DNA from: an uncultured Planctomycetaceae bacterium
GTDB lineage: Bacteria > Planctomycetota > Planctomycetia > Planctomycetales > Planctomycetaceae
Direction of reading: 5' to 3'
Assembly (NCBI GenBank): GCA_963813715.1
Contig: CAWFAK010000008.1
Location: 544,001-608,000, forward strand
Length of the DNA: 64,000 nucleotides
Shown here: positions 11,302 to 23,262 of the stretch, piece after piece
Layout: the number at the start of each line of letters is the position of its first letter
How positions within the stretch are numbered: the stretch's first letter is position 1
Notes under the pieces: generated by a model
Seen by the model: only the letters and a program-made list of their open reading frames with translations
Told to the model about the DNA's origin: nothing
The model's database searches: none
Made by a program: the position numbers and the translations under genes

Positions 11302-13022
11302 ATGAGTCACAAACTGAGTCGTCAGGCCTACGCCGGACATTATGGCCCGACCGTCGGCGACCGCGTGCGGCTCGGCGACACCGACCTCCTCATCGAGATC
11401 GAGAAGGACTACGCCGTCTACGGCGAAGAAGTGGTCTTCGGCGGCGGCAAGACGATCCGCGACGGGCAGGGGCAGTCCCCCTATTACAAGCCGAAGTCGC
11501 CGCCGCATCTCGACCTGGTGATCACCAACGCCGTGATCCTGGATTGGTGGGGCATCGTAAAAGGGGACATCGGCATTAGCGGCGGCCGCATCGTGGCGAT
11601 CGGCAAGGCGGGGAATCCGCTGATCCAGCCGGACGTCGATCCGCGACTGGTCATCGGCCCGGGGACCGAGGTGCTCTCCGCGAAAATATGATCGTGACGG
11701 CCGGCGGCGTCGACACGCACGTCCACTTCATCTGCCCGCAGCTCATCGAAACGGCCATCGCCTCCGGGCTGACGACGCTGATCGGCGGCGGCAGCGGACC
11801 GGCCACGGGCACGTGGGCCACGACCTGCAGTCCCGGCCCGTTCAATCTGGAACGCATGATGCAGGCGGCCGAAGGCCTGCCGATCAATCTCGGCTTCACC
11901 GGCAAAGGGAACAGCAGCCTGCCCGAAATGCTCGACGTGCAGATCAAGGCCGGCGCCATCGGCCTCAAGCTGCACGAAGACTGGGGCACGACGCCGGCGA
12001 CCATCGACTGCTGCCTGGGCGTCGGCGACAAGTACGACGTACAGATCACGCTCCACACCGACACGCTCAACGAATCCGGCTTCGTCGAGGATACGATCGC
12101 CGCCATCCGCGGCCGGACGATTCACACGTATCACACGGAGGGGGCCGGCGGCGGTCACGCGCCGGACATCATCAAGATCGCTTCGGAGCCGAACGTGCTG
12201 CCCTCGAGCACGAATCCGACCCGCCCCTTCACGGTCAACACGATCGACGAGCACCTCGACATGTTGATGGTCTGCCATCACCTGTCGCGCTCGGTGCCGG
12301 AAGATGTCGCCTTCGCGGAAAGTCGCATTCGGCCCGAGACGATGGCGGCCGAAGACATTCTGCACGACAAGGGGGCCATCAGCATGTACAGCTCCGACTC
12401 GCAGGCCATGGGCCGCATCGGCGAGTCGATCATCCGCTGCTGGCAGACGGCCCACAAAATGAAGATTCAGTTCGGCGCCCTAACCGGCGACAGCTCCCGC
12501 CACGACAATACGCGGGTCAAGCGCTACGTCGCCAAGTACACGATCAACCCGGCGATCGCCCACGGCATCGACCAGTACGTGGGAAGCGTCGAGGCGGGCA
12601 AATGGGCCGACCTCGTGCTGTGGAAGCCGGCGTACTTCGGCGTGAAGCCGGAAGTCGTGCTAAAAGGCGGGTTCATCGCCTATTCGCAAATGGGCGACGC
12701 GAACGCCAGCATCCCCACGCCGCAGCCGGTTTACACACGCCCGATGTTCGGCTCGTTTGGCGTCGCTCTCTCGAAAACGTGTCTGACGTTCGTGTCGGCC
12801 GCGTCGATCAAGGAGGGGATTGCCGAGCGGTACGGGCTGTCGCGAACGGTGCTGCCCGTGCAGAATTGCCGCAAAGTCGGTAAGAAAGAGATGAAGAACA
12901 ACGACGCCATGCCCAAGATCGAAGTCGACGCCGACACTTACGAGGTCCGCGTCGACGGCGAACTGGCCACCTGCGAACCCGCCAAAGTCCTGCCCCTAGC
13001 CCAGCGCTATTTTTTGTTCTGA
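11302..13022 (+). CDS. ureC: Urease subunit alpha (single frameshift near 11680)
   Basis: [67 protein letters not shown]. One base missing at TCC-G-CGAAAATATG. Confidence 0.96.
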
Positions 13023-13093
13023 TCCCGCCTCGCCTGTTTTTGCGACCCGCCGGCCGCCACTTGAGCGGACGCGCGCGTCCACTCGGCAAACGA

Positions 13094-13765
13094 ATGCTCA
13101 ATCTGCGGTTGCTCCAGCTCGGCGATTCGGCCTTGCCCGTCGGCGGCTATACGCACTCCTGGGGGCTGGAGACGGCGATCTCGCGGGAACGCGTCTACGA
13201 CGCGGCGTCGCTCGAAAGCTGGACCACCGACTGGCTCAAGCGGTGCGTCGGCCCGTTCGACGGCGTGGTCGTCGCCGCGGTCTGCCGGGCGGTGACGGAC
13301 GGATGTTGGGAGGACGTCGCGCGGGCCAACGAATTGGTCACCGCCTCCCTCGCGCCGCCCACGCTGCGTAGCGCGAGCCGCGAAATGGGCGAGCAGCTCG
13401 CGGGACTGGCCGGCACCTGGGACTGGTCTCGCGGAAAGGTCGACGGACTCGCACAGCCGGAAACACGCTGGAATTACTGCGTGGTTTTCGGCGTCGTCGC
13501 GGCGGCCGGCGGTGCCACGCCGCGGGAGGCGCTCACCGCCTATCTGAATCAAACGACCCTGGGCATGATTGCCGCCGGCGTGCGGGGAATTCCGCTCGGT
13601 CACACGCACGCGCAGCAGATTCTCGCCTATCTGCACGATACCATCGCGGAATTGACCGAACATTATGCCGACCAGCCGCTCGACACGGCCGGCAGCGGCT
13701 GTCCGTATTATGAGGTCTTGTGTGATGAACAGTCTCGACTCTATACCCGGCTGTTTCGCTCGTGA
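13094..13765 (+). CDS. ureF: Urease accessory protein UreF
   Basis: [21 protein letters not shown]...YTRLFRS. Confidence 0.92.
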   Translation: MLNLRLLQLGDSALPVGGYTHSWGLETAISRERVYDAASLESWTTDWLKRCVGPFDGVVVAAVCRAVTDGCWEDVARANELVTASLAPPTLRSASREMGEQLAGLAGTWDWSRGKVDGLAQPETRWNYCVVFGVVAAAGGATPREALTAYLNQTTLGMIAAGVRGIPLGHTHAQQILAYLHDTIAELTEHYADQPLDTAGSGCPYYEVLCDEQSRLYTRLFRS

Positions 13766-13850
13766 CGTCGACGCGACGTTCGGCCGGATCGAACCACGGG
13801 CGAGCGAGTCGCAGTTTTTTACGGCTGGCGGTCGCACGCGGCGATTCGGC

Positions 13851-14546
13851 GTCGCCTTTCATCGCGAGCACGACCACGACCACGATCACGACGGCATGGG
13901 AGGCGGAGCCGCTCGCTTCGCCGGGCCGAAACGAAAGACGTTCACCGTCGGCGTGGCTGGACCGGTCGGCTCGGGCAAGACGGCCGTCGTCGAACGGCTG
14001 TGTCGCGATTTATGGCCGGCGATCAACCTGGCCGTGATCACCAACGACATCTACACGCACGAAGATGCCGAGTTCCTCTCGCGACGGAAGGTCCTGCCGC
14101 TCGAGCGGATCGTCGGCGTGCAAACCGGCGGCTGCCCGCACACAGCCATTCGCGACGACGCCAGCGCCAACTTGAGCGCCATCGCCAATTTCGAGAGGCA
14201 ATTTCCCGAGCTGGAGATGATCCTGGTCGAATCGGGGGGCGACAACCTCACCGCTTGCTTCTCCCGAGAGCTGGCCGACACCCAAATTTTTGTGATCGAC
14301 GTGGCCGAAGGCGATAAGATCCCTCGCAAGGGTGGGCCGGGCATCGCTCGCAGCGACTTGCTCGTGATCAACAAGATCGATCTGGCGCCGCACGTCGGGG
14401 CCGACCTCGACGTGATGCGGCGCGACAGCCTGAAGATGCGCGGCGATCGTCCCTTCCTGTTGATGAGTTTGCGACAGGGCGACGGCGCGGAGGAACTTAC
14501 GAAGTGGGTCCGTCAGCAATTCGAATCGCGGCGGAAGACTTCGTAA
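13851..14546 (+). CDS. ureG: Urease accessory GTPase UreG with His/Asp-rich N-terminus (start uncertain)
   Basis: [31 protein letters not shown]; in-frame [11 protein letters not shown] upstream. Confidence 0.93.
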   Translation, partial: VAFHREHDHDHDHDGMGGGAARFAGPKRKTFTVGVAGPVGSGKTAVVERLCRDLWPAINLAVITNDIYTHEDAEFLSRRKVLPLERIVGVQTGGCPHTAIRDDASANLSAIANFERQFPELEMILVESGGDNLTACFSRELADTQIFVIDVAEGDKIPRKGGPGIARSDLLVINKIDLAPHVGADLDVMRRDSLKMRGDRPFLLMSLRQGDGAEELTKWVRQQFESRRKTS

Positions 14547-15510
14547 TCCCCCCCGAGTTCCGTGACCGGCGCTGGCCTCGCGCTCGGCCGGCCAGATCGG
14601 CGGCACGCGGCTCTCGCTCGTTCATTCCGACGGCCGCACGCGCCTGGGCGACTGTTATCAACAGGTCCCCGTCCGCCTGCTGCCCGCGTTCCATCTCGGC
14701 AACGAGCCGGCCAGCCTGGTCTACCTCATCAACCCGACGGCCGGCCTGATGGATGGCGACGGACATCTCCTGGAGATTGCCGCCGGACCCGGAACCCAGG
14801 CGGTCGTCACCAGCCAGTCGGCCACGCGAATTCATCCCTGCCCGAAAAACTTTTCGACGCAGCAATGGCGGATCCGCGCGGCAGCCGACAGCCAGCTCGT
14901 CGTCCTTCCGGGCCCGACGATCCCTTTTCGCGAGGCCCGCTCGTACCAGCGCGTGGACATCGAGCTCGAAGCCGGGGCCCGTTTTGTCTGGGCGGAAATC
15001 TGGCACCCCGGCCGCTACGACCGCGGCGCTCTTTCCGAAAAGTTCGAGTTCACCTCGCTGATCCAGGAGACGCACGTCCGCCGCGTCGGCCGCCTCGTGT
15101 TTCGCGACCGGTTCCATTGGCGCGGATCGACGGCGGCAGCCTGCGGCTGGCACTTCGGTCCCCATCTGGCAGCGGGCAGCCTGTTCGTCGCCGGCCCGCT
15201 CGAGCTCGAATCGCTGCGGAGCGCGGTGCCGGAAAATCCGCAATTGGAGTCGGCGGTGCTGCCGCTCGAGTCGGGCGACGCGATCGTCCGAATTCTCGGC
15301 TCGCCCGCGGACGTAACCGCGGCCGTGGTCCGCGCGGCGCTCGTCATTGCCGGCCGCTGGTCCAATACCAACGCCCCGCCGTGGTTGCTCGAAAGCCACG
15401 CGCTCGCCGCCAACCATTGGTTCTCGGCCGTGCCCGAAGAGCGGACGAGCGATGGCTCGCCGGCCCCGCCTATCGTGCGATCCGCCTCAGCGAACGCGGC
15501 CCTCGGCTAG
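14504..15510 (+). CDS. ureD: Urease accessory protein UreD (frameshift near 14565)
   Basis: Reconstructed ...[16 protein letters not shown]...[38 protein letters not shown] start overlaps ureG. Confidence 0.85.
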
Positions 15511-15635
15511 AGCGCATTAACTCTAGGTTTGCACAGATTCGCAAAGCGAATCAAGAGCTCTCCCCCCTTACGAAGGGGGGGAGCCTCACGTCGCTGCGCT
15601 TCTTTGCCCAGCACACCTTGGGGTAATGCGCTCTA
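15508..15635. mobile_element. 128-bp MITE-like element with 12-bp terminal inverted repeats
   Basis: TAGAGCGCATTA (15508-15519) / TAATGCGCTCTA (15624-15635); internal CCCCCCTT-ACG-AAGGGGGG hairpin. Confidence 0.65.
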
Positions 15636-15662
15636 ATTTCCAGCGAATTCGACATTCGTATA

Positions 15663-15697
15663 TTGACAACTATCTATATAGACGGTAATCTATTTAG
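15663..15697 (+). promoter_or_regulatory. Sigma70 promoter (probably leaderless) overlapped by an ArsR operator
   Basis: TTGACA (15663)-17 nt-TAATCT (15686), ATG 7 nt later; TCTATATAGA and TCTATTTAGA palindromes overlap it. Confidence 0.65.
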
Positions 15698-16039
15698 ATG
15701 AACCGACTGAACCAAGCGTTTGCCGCTCTTGCCGACCCCACTCGACGTGGAATCGTGGTGCATCTGGCTCGCGGCAAGGCATCCGTATCCGACTTGGTCG
15801 GCCTCTTCTCGTTGACGCAACCGACGATCTCGTCGCACCTGAAGGTGTTGGAATCGGCGGGGCTGATTTCGCGTAGTCGAGTGGCCCAGTTGCGGCCCTG
15901 CAAGCTGGAGACGGAGCAATTGAAAGCGGTCACGGATTGGCTGGAGAAAGTGCAAGAGATTTGGGAAGGCAACTACAAGCGACTCGACGCGTTACTCGCC
16001 GAGTTGAAGCAAGCACAGAAAGAGGAGCGAAACAAATGA
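15698..16039 (+). CDS. ArsR/SmtB family transcriptional regulator
   Basis: FAALADPTRR, ISSHLKVLESAGLI, RLDALLAEL. Confidence 0.92.
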   Translation: MNRLNQAFAALADPTRRGIVVHLARGKASVSDLVGLFSLTQPTISSHLKVLESAGLISRSRVAQLRPCKLETEQLKAVTDWLEKVQEIWEGNYKRLDALLAELKQAQKEERNK

Positions 16040-16524
16040 AACCTGCTGAAGTGACCACTCCGTCAGATCGAGAAGTACTGGTGAAGCGGAGCTTTAATGC
16101 GCCGGTGAATCTGGTGTGGCAGGCGTATACAGAACCGGCGTTGATGCGTCGTTGGCTGTCGGGGATGCCGGGGTGGTCGATGCCGGTTTGCGAGATGGCG
16201 ACTCATGTGGGTGGGAAGTATCGCTGGCGCTGGCGAGACAACGAGAATGGCACGGAGTTTGGATTCACCGGAGAGATGCTTGAGGTCGCGTTGCATTCGA
16301 AGATCTCGCATACGCAAATCTTCGACCCAGGCGACTTGGGTGGATCGATGGGAGGTGAACCCTATATCGTCACCGTCACATTCACTGAGACCAACGGAAT
16401 GACAAACGTGGTGACCTCAATCAAGTTCGCCTCGCAAGCCGACCGAGACGCCGCGCTCTCAACAGGCATGACCGACGGCATGGAGATGAACTACAAGCAC
16501 CTCGACGGAGTCCTGGCGGGTTAG
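16036..16524 (+). CDS. SRPBCC/AHSA1 domain protein
   Basis: PSDREVLVKRSFNAPVNLVWQAYTEP, GGKYRWRW, TGMTDGM; ATGA overlap with the ArsR gene. Confidence 0.9.
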   Translation: MKPAEVTTPSDREVLVKRSFNAPVNLVWQAYTEPALMRRWLSGMPGWSMPVCEMATHVGGKYRWRWRDNENGTEFGFTGEMLEVALHSKISHTQIFDPGDLGGSMGGEPYIVTVTFTETNGMTNVVTSIKFASQADRDAALSTGMTDGMEMNYKHLDGVLAG

Positions 16525-16602
16525 GTCGCGTTGCATTGCTCACGCACCTTCGCTCGCTTTCGACAGAACGGCCAACACTCGTGCCCATCGTCGTCCGGCA
16601 AC

Positions 16603-17739
16603 TCAGTCGGTCTGCTTGCCGCTCTTGACCGTTTGAAACAGCCCCTGCTCGTTGCTGATCCACGTATCCTTGTCGCGGATGATCGCCTGCGGCGGCAGCG
16701 TCGGCGAGATGGTTTGCAGGCTGGAGAAGCGTTTGACGGCCGTGCCGATCGCCATGAATTCCAACAGCCCGCCCATCTCGTGGACGTGCGTTTTGATGCC
16801 GATCACATCGTCCGCGCCGATCGAGGCCGCTTCGTCGCGAATCAAACCGATCGCATGCTCGCGGGCGTCATAAATCAGCGAAGTCAGCTCGTTCACCTCG
16901 CCGCGCGAAAACGACTTCAACAGCGCCGCCAGTCCGCCCACGATGCCCAGCGAATAGACCGCCGTCCCCAGCACGAGCTTGAGCGGCAGATAGCCGATGT
17001 TGGCCATGTTCCACGTTTCTTCGCAGGTCATGTCGCTGGTCACAGGATTGGCGTCGTATTCCGGCGGCAGCTCCGGATGTCGCGAGGCGGTGCCCGTCAT
17101 CATCATCTCGTGCACACCGCGAAACGGCATGATCGTGGTTTGAATGCCGACGACGGCGTTCGCTTTGACGGCCTTGGCCTCATCCACCATCCGCTGCAGG
17201 GCCAGGTGACGCGTGTGATTGAACACGTCGCTGAACTGCTTGATCTCGCCGCGGGCCAGGCTTTTCAGGCCGCCGATAATCCCACCTCCGACGCCGATCG
17301 AATAGGCCACGTTGCCAAACACAAACTTGATCGGAAAGAACCCCGCGTCGAGTTGGCAATAAAGCTCCTGGCCGTCGCCGCTGGTCGAAAAGTCGAACTC
17401 GCGAGACGACGAATCGGCCCGATGCACGCACGACCCGATCGACAGAAACTCGACGTTGCCGTGAAAACTCTTGAGGTCGCTGGTGACGCCGGTGATCCCG
17501 TGCCCGTGATGCTGATTGGCTTCATTCACCATCCGGTCGTAGGCCTGCAGTCGGCCTTCGTGAATCACCTGGGTCACTTGGGTCACCTCGCCCCCGGCAA
17601 TCGTCCGCAGCCCCGCGCCAAGGCTCCCCAGAAAGCCGAGCGAATAAACGCTGTTGCCGATCACCAACTCGCCCGGAGCCATCCCCTTCAAATTGAGGCA
17701 GTACATCTCGTTCCCAGACAGGCCGGACATCGCGGGCAT
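16603..17739 (-). CDS. Heavy-metal-binding domain (YbjQ_1/UPF0145) protein, three tandem domains
   Basis: Three repeats of GNxVYSLG...GE...R..A..R...EA ending EF/EM..IG/TG. Confidence 0.8.
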   Translation of the reverse strand: MPAMSGLSGNEMYCLNLKGMAPGELVIGNSVYSLGFLGSLGAGLRTIAGGEVTQVTQVIHEGRLQAYDRMVNEANQHHGHGITGVTSDLKSFHGNVEFLSIGSCVHRADSSSREFDFSTSGDGQELYCQLDAGFFPIKFVFGNVAYSIGVGGGIIGGLKSLARGEIKQFSDVFNHTRHLALQRMVDEAKAVKANAVVGIQTTIMPFRGVHEMMMTGTASRHPELPPEYDANPVTSDMTCEETWNMANIGYLPLKLVLGTAVYSLGIVGGLAALLKSFSRGEVNELTSLIYDAREHAIGLIRDEAASIGADDVIGIKTHVHEMGGLLEFMAIGTAVKRFSSLQTISPTLPPQAIIRDKDTWISNEQGLFQTVKSGKQTD

Positions 17740-17933
17740 GAGGCAACTCCGTGGGGAATGGGGTGAAAACTGCGACCGACGACGCAGACAGAGTATGACG
17801 GGCGCCCGCGGCGATTGCACCTTCCCGAACGCGCACCGATTCCTTGCGTCGCCCTCTCCGCCCGCTGGTTGGCCCGCGTACAATAGGGCAGCGAGCCGCC
17901 AAGTCCGACCGTCCACGGGGAAGGGCTGAATCG

Positions 17934-20843
17934 ATGTCTCAAAACGCAATGCGTCGGTTCGCTTCGGCCGTCCGCCTGCGGCTCACCAGTCTCTCATTGG
18001 CGTCGCTCCTGATTTTCAGTCTGGGGACGGGGGCCGTGCTCGCTGATGGCTCCTCGTCCAAGTCGCCGGCCACCGCGGAGCCGGTCGCTGCTGAGCGGCT
18101 CGCCACCGAACCCCTGACGGCGACCGGCCGGGTGCGCTTGCCAAACGGCTCGCCGGCGGCGCACGCCGTGGTCACGGCCTTCGACACCGTGGAACACAGC
18201 ACAAGTGTCGAGACCGATTTGGCGGGACGATTTCGGCTGCGACATCTGTTCGGCAACTACTTCGGGATCCACGCGCGTACCGCCGATGGGCGTTTCCAGG
18301 CGTGGCTGGCGAAGCCCGCCAGTCATGCGCGCGTCTTGCTCGAACGGCCATTGGAATTGCGGTTGGCACCTGCCCATGAACAGCAAGTGCGGGTGAAGGC
18401 GGCTGGCAAGCCGGTGGGCGGTCTTCGCGTCGTCGCGCTGGGCACGGCATTCAAGGTCGACGGAATGACGGGACCGGACGGCGTCGCCACACTCTGGCTG
18501 CCGGAGGGTCGAGTTTGGACCAACATCGTGGCTTGGGATCGCCAGCGTGGAAGCGCCTCGATCCATGCCTTCGGCCCTTCGCGTGCGAGCGGACTCATCG
18601 AGCTGTCGCTCTTGGAGCCCAAGTCGCAAACAATCCGCATCGTCGACCAGCGAGAGCGCCCGATTCCCAACCTCGTGTGTTGGGTCGACGGCTACACCGC
18701 GGCGAGCGGATTCAGCACCCGGGAATTTGATGAAGCCCGCGTCAGCACGAACTCGCGCGGCGAAGTCACCATCCCTTGGCTGCCCGCCCAAACTTCATCC
18801 GTCGGCTTCGAGGCGGCCGGCCCGAGTTGGAAAGTCGACGAGATTTCGATGGTCTCGCGGGCGTCCCTCGGTAAGCCGACCGTGCACGTTCGGCGGCGCC
18901 GCTCGGTTACCGGTCGAATTGTCATGCCGCCGGGCGCGAACGCGGAGGGGATTCTCGTTCAAGGAGACGGAACCAGTAACACGGGAACCGGCGACCTCTT
19001 TTTCACGCGCGCCTGCCGCGACGGCTCTTTTACCTTTCCGGCAGCCTCGGACCACGGTTATGCGATCGGTATCACCGATGATCAATGGTCCTGCAATCCC
19101 TGGACCGGCGTCGTTCTGACGAGCGACGCGGCCGATCCGGCGGACGTGATACTGCAGGCGTATCCCGCGACTCCGCTCACGATCCGTGTGACCTGGGGGC
19201 CGCAAGCGGAACCTTGGACCGGCGTCTTCCTCTATGCGCAGCAAGACAAGGAGTTCAGTTGGACCAACTCTGCGGGCGAACGAACGGCCTGCGGAGGAAG
19301 CTTGCGGACGCATTGTCCATTCGACGCCGATGGAACAGGCCGGCTCGGCGTCGCCCAGGGAGATTACGAACTGTATTTTTCGTCGAATCCCTGGCGTGAA
19401 ATGCGCAAACTCAAAATTAAGTCGACCGAACCGGTCCTGGTCACTTTGCATCGCCCTTGGAAAGAGCATCGTCAGATTGCCGGCCGGCTCACGCACCACG
19501 GTGCCCCGTTTCGTCCCTCGCCGTCAACGACTCTCCGCGCCTGGTCGATCGAGAACACTCTTGCGACTCCCGCGCAAGCCGAAATTCTGCCGGACGGCCG
19601 ATTCGTCGTTTTGGCGGAAACCAAATGCGTCGGGCTTTACGCCTGGGATCCCGCGCAAAAGCTCAATGCGTGGAAATGGATCAAGCAAAACGACGTGCCG
19701 GCCCGGCTGGAGCTAGCCTTGACTCCGACCGCCGTCTACAGCGGGCAGGTTGTCAACAATGACGGCAAACCAGTTCCGGGTGCTCGCGTGCGATTGATGC
19801 CCCGGGCGATGAGCGTTCACACGATCACAACCGACGCCGTGCTCTGCGAGAGCGTCTGCGACGGCCAGGGACGCTTCAAGTTCGAGTCGGCGCCGACCAA
19901 CATCATCGTCTGGCCGATTGCCACTGCCTCCCCGCAGGGAGCTTTTTCCCATTATCAGATCGGGAAAGAATTCGTACTGAAGGTCGGCCTCGATCGCCAA
20001 AATGATCGCCTCGGAGTCTCCATGGGCGAAGACGAGGAGCCGAGCCAATCCGTCGCTCGCCAATACGACTCCGCGGTCGATCATCTGGCCGATCTTGTTC
20101 GTGACGCTGACGCGCTCGAGGCGCACGTGCTCGTGGGGATTTTGGGCGATCAGAGCGATGTCGTCGAAGACACGTGGCAGCGGCTCGTTGACCGGGAAGA
20201 AACGCCAATTGCCGGCGGGTATCTTCCGCTGCGGATCGCCTCAGGTGAGCTGAGGATCCAAAGCACGCTCTTCTCGCAACTCAAATTGCGGCCGCCTAAG
20301 CCGGGAGAAATGTTATTAGTCGTGCTCGATGGCAGCGGCCGGCGGTCCGACTATTTCTCTCTGTCCATCCGTAACAGACCCGAGGTCTACGAACTGGGCG
20401 TTCGGTTTCTCAATCGCAACGCCCCATCCCGCGATGCCCGCAAAGTCGTCGCGGAGGCCCGTGCGCTAGCTCGGACTACGCACCGCCGGGTGTGGATTGT
20501 GGGCGAGGGCGTTCGTGACTCGTCCAGTGTCCGCCTGGCGCATTGGTTAGAGGATCAGCGCCCTTTGCTCGATCGCGACTTTGTGATCGTGAAGCTGCTG
20601 GCGGGCCGGGATGAGCACATTTCAGACGTCTGCAACGACCTGGAAGTCGGCGAGGGGGGGACCTGGTTCGCGATTATTGACGGAGCGGGAACTGTGCTCG
20701 CCAACAACGACCAGCCTGACGGCAGTTTCGACTATCCCCGTTCGGCGACCGAAAGGCGGCAATTCCGCGGCGTGCTGCAAAAGACGGTGCGGACCCTCAC
20801 TCCGAAGGATATCGACCGGTTAATTAATTCCCTCGGTAACTGA
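17934..20843 (+). CDS. Secreted protein with carboxypeptidase-regulatory-like repeats and a C-terminal thioredoxin-like domain
   Basis: Signal peptide; repeats GRV..P.G.P...A.V / TD..GRF; tail 'EARALARTTHRRVWIV...LDRDFVIVKL'. Confidence 0.65.
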   Translation: MSQNAMRRFASAVRLRLTSLSLASLLIFSLGTGAVLADGSSSKSPATAEPVAAERLATEPLTATGRVRLPNGSPAAHAVVTAFDTVEHSTSVETDLAGRFRLRHLFGNYFGIHARTADGRFQAWLAKPASHARVLLERPLELRLAPAHEQQVRVKAAGKPVGGLRVVALGTAFKVDGMTGPDGVATLWLPEGRVWTNIVAWDRQRGSASIHAFGPSRASGLIELSLLEPKSQTIRIVDQRERPIPNLVCWVDGYTAASGFSTREFDEARVSTNSRGEVTIPWLPAQTSSVGFEAAGPSWKVDEISMVSRASLGKPTVHVRRRRSVTGRIVMPPGANAEGILVQGDGTSNTGTGDLFFTRACRDGSFTFPAASDHGYAIGITDDQWSCNPWTGVVLTSDAADPADVILQAYPATPLTIRVTWGPQAEPWTGVFLYAQQDKEFSWTNSAGERTACGGSLRTHCPFDADGTGRLGVAQGDYELYFSSNPWREMRKLKIKSTEPVLVTLHRPWKEHRQIAGRLTHHGAPFRPSPSTTLRAWSIENTLATPAQAEILPDGRFVVLAETKCVGLYAWDPAQKLNAWKWIKQNDVPARLELALTPTAVYSGQVVNNDGKPVPGARVRLMPRAMSVHTITTDAVLCESVCDGQGRFKFESAPTNIIVWPIATASPQGAFSHYQIGKEFVLKVGLDRQNDRLGVSMGEDEEPSQSVARQYDSAVDHLADLVRDADALEAHVLVGILGDQSDVVEDTWQRLVDREETPIAGGYLPLRIASGELRIQSTLFSQLKLRPPKPGEMLLVVLDGSGRRSDYFSLSIRNRPEVYELGVRFLNRNAPSRDARKVVAEARALARTTHRRVWIVGEGVRDSSSVRLAHWLEDQRPLLDRDFVIVKLLAGRDEHISDVCNDLEVGEGGTWFAIIDGAGTVLANNDQPDGSFDYPRSATERRQFRGVLQKTVRTLTPKDIDRLINSLGN

Positions 20844-20950
20844 CTGGTCCGATGTCGTCCCGCTCAAATCGACACCATTAAAGGTTCGACACCCGGGCGC
20901 AGCCGCCAGGGCGACCGCTTTTCAGCGGGGCTGCGCTCAACTTAGACTGG

Positions 20951-22999
20951 ATGGAAGCCGCGGCGCGAGTTACTGCCTGGTCAGGGTGGGGGGGCGGAGT
21001 GAGTCAGTCCGAAGCAATCCCATTTGCGCTCGCGAGCATCCTCTATCTAGCGACCATGATCTTCGTGGTCCTGATGCTGCGCGAACAGGGGGATCGTCGC
21101 CCCTGGCTAATGCTCCTCGGCGCCCTCGGCACGCTGTTCGTGTATCGCATGGTCGGTTTCCTGGTCGTACGGGAAACGCGGCAGGAGCTGGGACCGTGGG
21201 TCACGTTGGTTGTCTCGGCGTGGCTTTTGGCGTCGCTGTTTTATTTCCGCGCGATCACCGTCGCCGGCCGGGAGACCAAGCTGCTCGCCGAACGGCGGAC
21301 GACAGAGCGCGACGAGAGCGAAAGCCGCTACCGCGCGCTGGCGGAACTTTGTCCGGACGTAATGTACGTGAACGTCGACGGCCGGATCTGTTATGTGAAC
21401 GAGGCCGCCGTACGGTTCTTCGGCGCCAAGGATGCCAGCGAGATGTTGGGCCGCTCGCCCATTTCGCTGGCCGCCCCCTCCTCGCGCGACCGTGTCGCGG
21501 CCCGCAGCACGCAGCTGAAATCGGTCGGCCAGGTGACGGTGAGTTCAGCAGGAAGAGTGGCAACGGCTCGACGGTTCGGTCGTGCCCGTGGAGGCGGCGG
21601 CCGCGGTCGTTCCCTGGCAGGGGACGACCGGAATTCTGGTGATGCTACGGGACGTTTCGGAGCGGCGCCACGCAGAGGAGGTGCGGACGCGGCTCCTGGC
21701 CAGCGAGCGCACGGCCCGCAGCGCGGCCGAGCATGCCAACAGCATGAAGGACGAGTTTCTGGCCACGCTCTCGCACGAATTGCGGACGCCGCTCACCGCG
21801 ATTGTCGGCTGGTCGCAAATACTGCTGCGCGGCCGGACGAGCGAAGCCGAAATGTCTCACGGGCTGGAGGCCATCGATCGCAATACCCGCGCCTGACCAA
21901 GCTCGTCGAGGATTTGCTCGACATGAGTTCGATCCTCTCGGGCAAGTTCCGGCTCGAGATGCAGCTGCTAACGCCCCTGCCGATCGTGCAGGCTGCAATC
22001 GAAACGATTAAACCGACGGCCGAAGCCAAGCGGATTCACGTGAAGGCGCGGCTTGATCCGCAAACGGGTCGAGTGCGGGGAGACGCGAATCGGCTGCAGC
22101 AGATCGTCTGGAACCTGCTGACTAACGCCGTCAAATTTACGCCGGAGGACGGGACTGTGTCGGTGACCCTCGATGAGGTCGATGGGCACGTCCGCATTTG
22201 CGTGGCCGACACGGGCCCGGGAATCTCCGCCGACTTTCTCCCCTTTATGTTCGACCGCTTCCGCCAAGCCGACGCGTCGATCCGTCGCAAGCACAGCGGG
22301 TTGGGGATTGGCCTGGCGATCGTGAAGCAACTGGCCGAGATGCACGGCGGCGAAGTTTTTGTGCAGAACACCGGCCACGACGGCACGACCTTCGTCGTCA
22401 CGCTGCCGATGGCCATCAAGCCCGAGCGGAACGGCCAGGACACGCAGGCGGAACAGCCCGACGGTTGCCGAGTATCGTCGAGCAACGGCAAGGTCGACTT
22501 GAGCGGGGTGAAGGTGCTGGTCGTGGACGACGAGCCCGATACGTGCCGCGTGATCAAATGGGCGCTGAGCCAATACCAGGCGGACGTCGTGACGGCCACG
22601 TCCGCCGCCGAGGCGCTGCCGCTGATCGAAGCCTCGGCGCCCGACATTCTGATCAGCGACATCGGCATGCCGGAGGTCGACGGCTACGAATTTTTGAAGC
22701 GGATCCGGTCGTTGCCCAGGGGCCGCGAAATTCCGGCGATCGCACTCACGGCTTTTGCCCGGCCCGAGGACGAAGCAAAGTCGTTGGCCGCCGGCTATTC
22801 GGTGCACATCTCCAAGCCCATCACTCCCGACGCCCTGTCCGCCGCCGTCGCCTCACTCGCGGAACGGGCGGCGCATGCCGCGGGGAGCAGCCCGAGCGGA
22901 TTGGCCAAGCGCGGCCCTGACGTCGCGCGACGGTTGATTCGCCCTCCGCCGGATCTTCGCCGCCGAGCCTCCGGAGCCGATCAATCCACGTTGCCTTGA
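20951..22999 (+). CDS. Membrane-bound PAS hybrid histidine kinase/response regulator (frameshifts near 21540 and 21890)
   Basis: [19 protein letters not shown] (ORF 21582..21896), [16 protein letters not shown], receiver LVVDD...ISDIGMP...SKP. Confidence 0.88.
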   Translation: MEAAARVTAWSGWGGGVSQSEAIPFALASILYLATMIFVVLMLREQGDRRPWLMLLGALGTLFVYRMVGFLVVRETRQELGPWVTLVVSAWLLASLFYFRAITVAGRETKLLAERRTTERDESESRYRALAELCPDVMYVNVDGRICYVNEAAVRFFGAKDASEMLGRSPISLAAPSSRDRVAARSTQLKSVGQVTVSSAGRVATARRFGRARGGGGRGRSLAGDDRNSGDATGRFGAAPRRGGADAAPGQRAHGPQRGRACQQHEGRVSGHALARIADAAHRDCRLVANTAARPDERSRNVSRAGGHRSQYPRLTKLVEDLLDMSSILSGKFRLEMQLLTPLPIVQAAIETIKPTAEAKRIHVKARLDPQTGRVRGDANRLQQIVWNLLTNAVKFTPEDGTVSVTLDEVDGHVRICVADTGPGISADFLPFMFDRFRQADASIRRKHSGLGIGLAIVKQLAEMHGGEVFVQNTGHDGTTFVVTLPMAIKPERNGQDTQAEQPDGCRVSSSNGKVDLSGVKVLVVDDEPDTCRVIKWALSQYQADVVTATSAAEALPLIEASAPDILISDIGMPEVDGYEFLKRIRSLPRGREIPAIALTAFARPEDEAKSLAAGYSVHISKPITPDALSAAVASLAERAAHAAGSSPSGLAKRGPDVARRLIRPPPDLRRRASGADQSTLP

Positions 23000-23262
23000 G
23001 GCAACATGTGGCCGAAACGCATCGTTGTCCCGTCGCTATAACTTGTCGACTGAGTCCACCCGCTCCGATTGACCGCAGAGAGTGACTCGGACGCACGTCC
23101 ACCGATCGCCACAGCCTGTCACTGCGAAAACGCGGACTAGACTTCCTCTGGTCTGCGGATTTTGCGGTGCGCCGATTGCAGCTCAGGCGTTGATCGAAAG
23201 ATTCTTCGCTTCTGGCTGCGACTCGGGCGCATCCGCGAGCAGCCCCAGAGGGCGAGGTGCCG

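Noticed and set aside
16283..16537. 15-bp direct repeat AGGTCGCGTTGCATT as an att site
   Set aside because: One copy lies inside the SRPBCC gene, only 240 bp apart, and there is no integrase.
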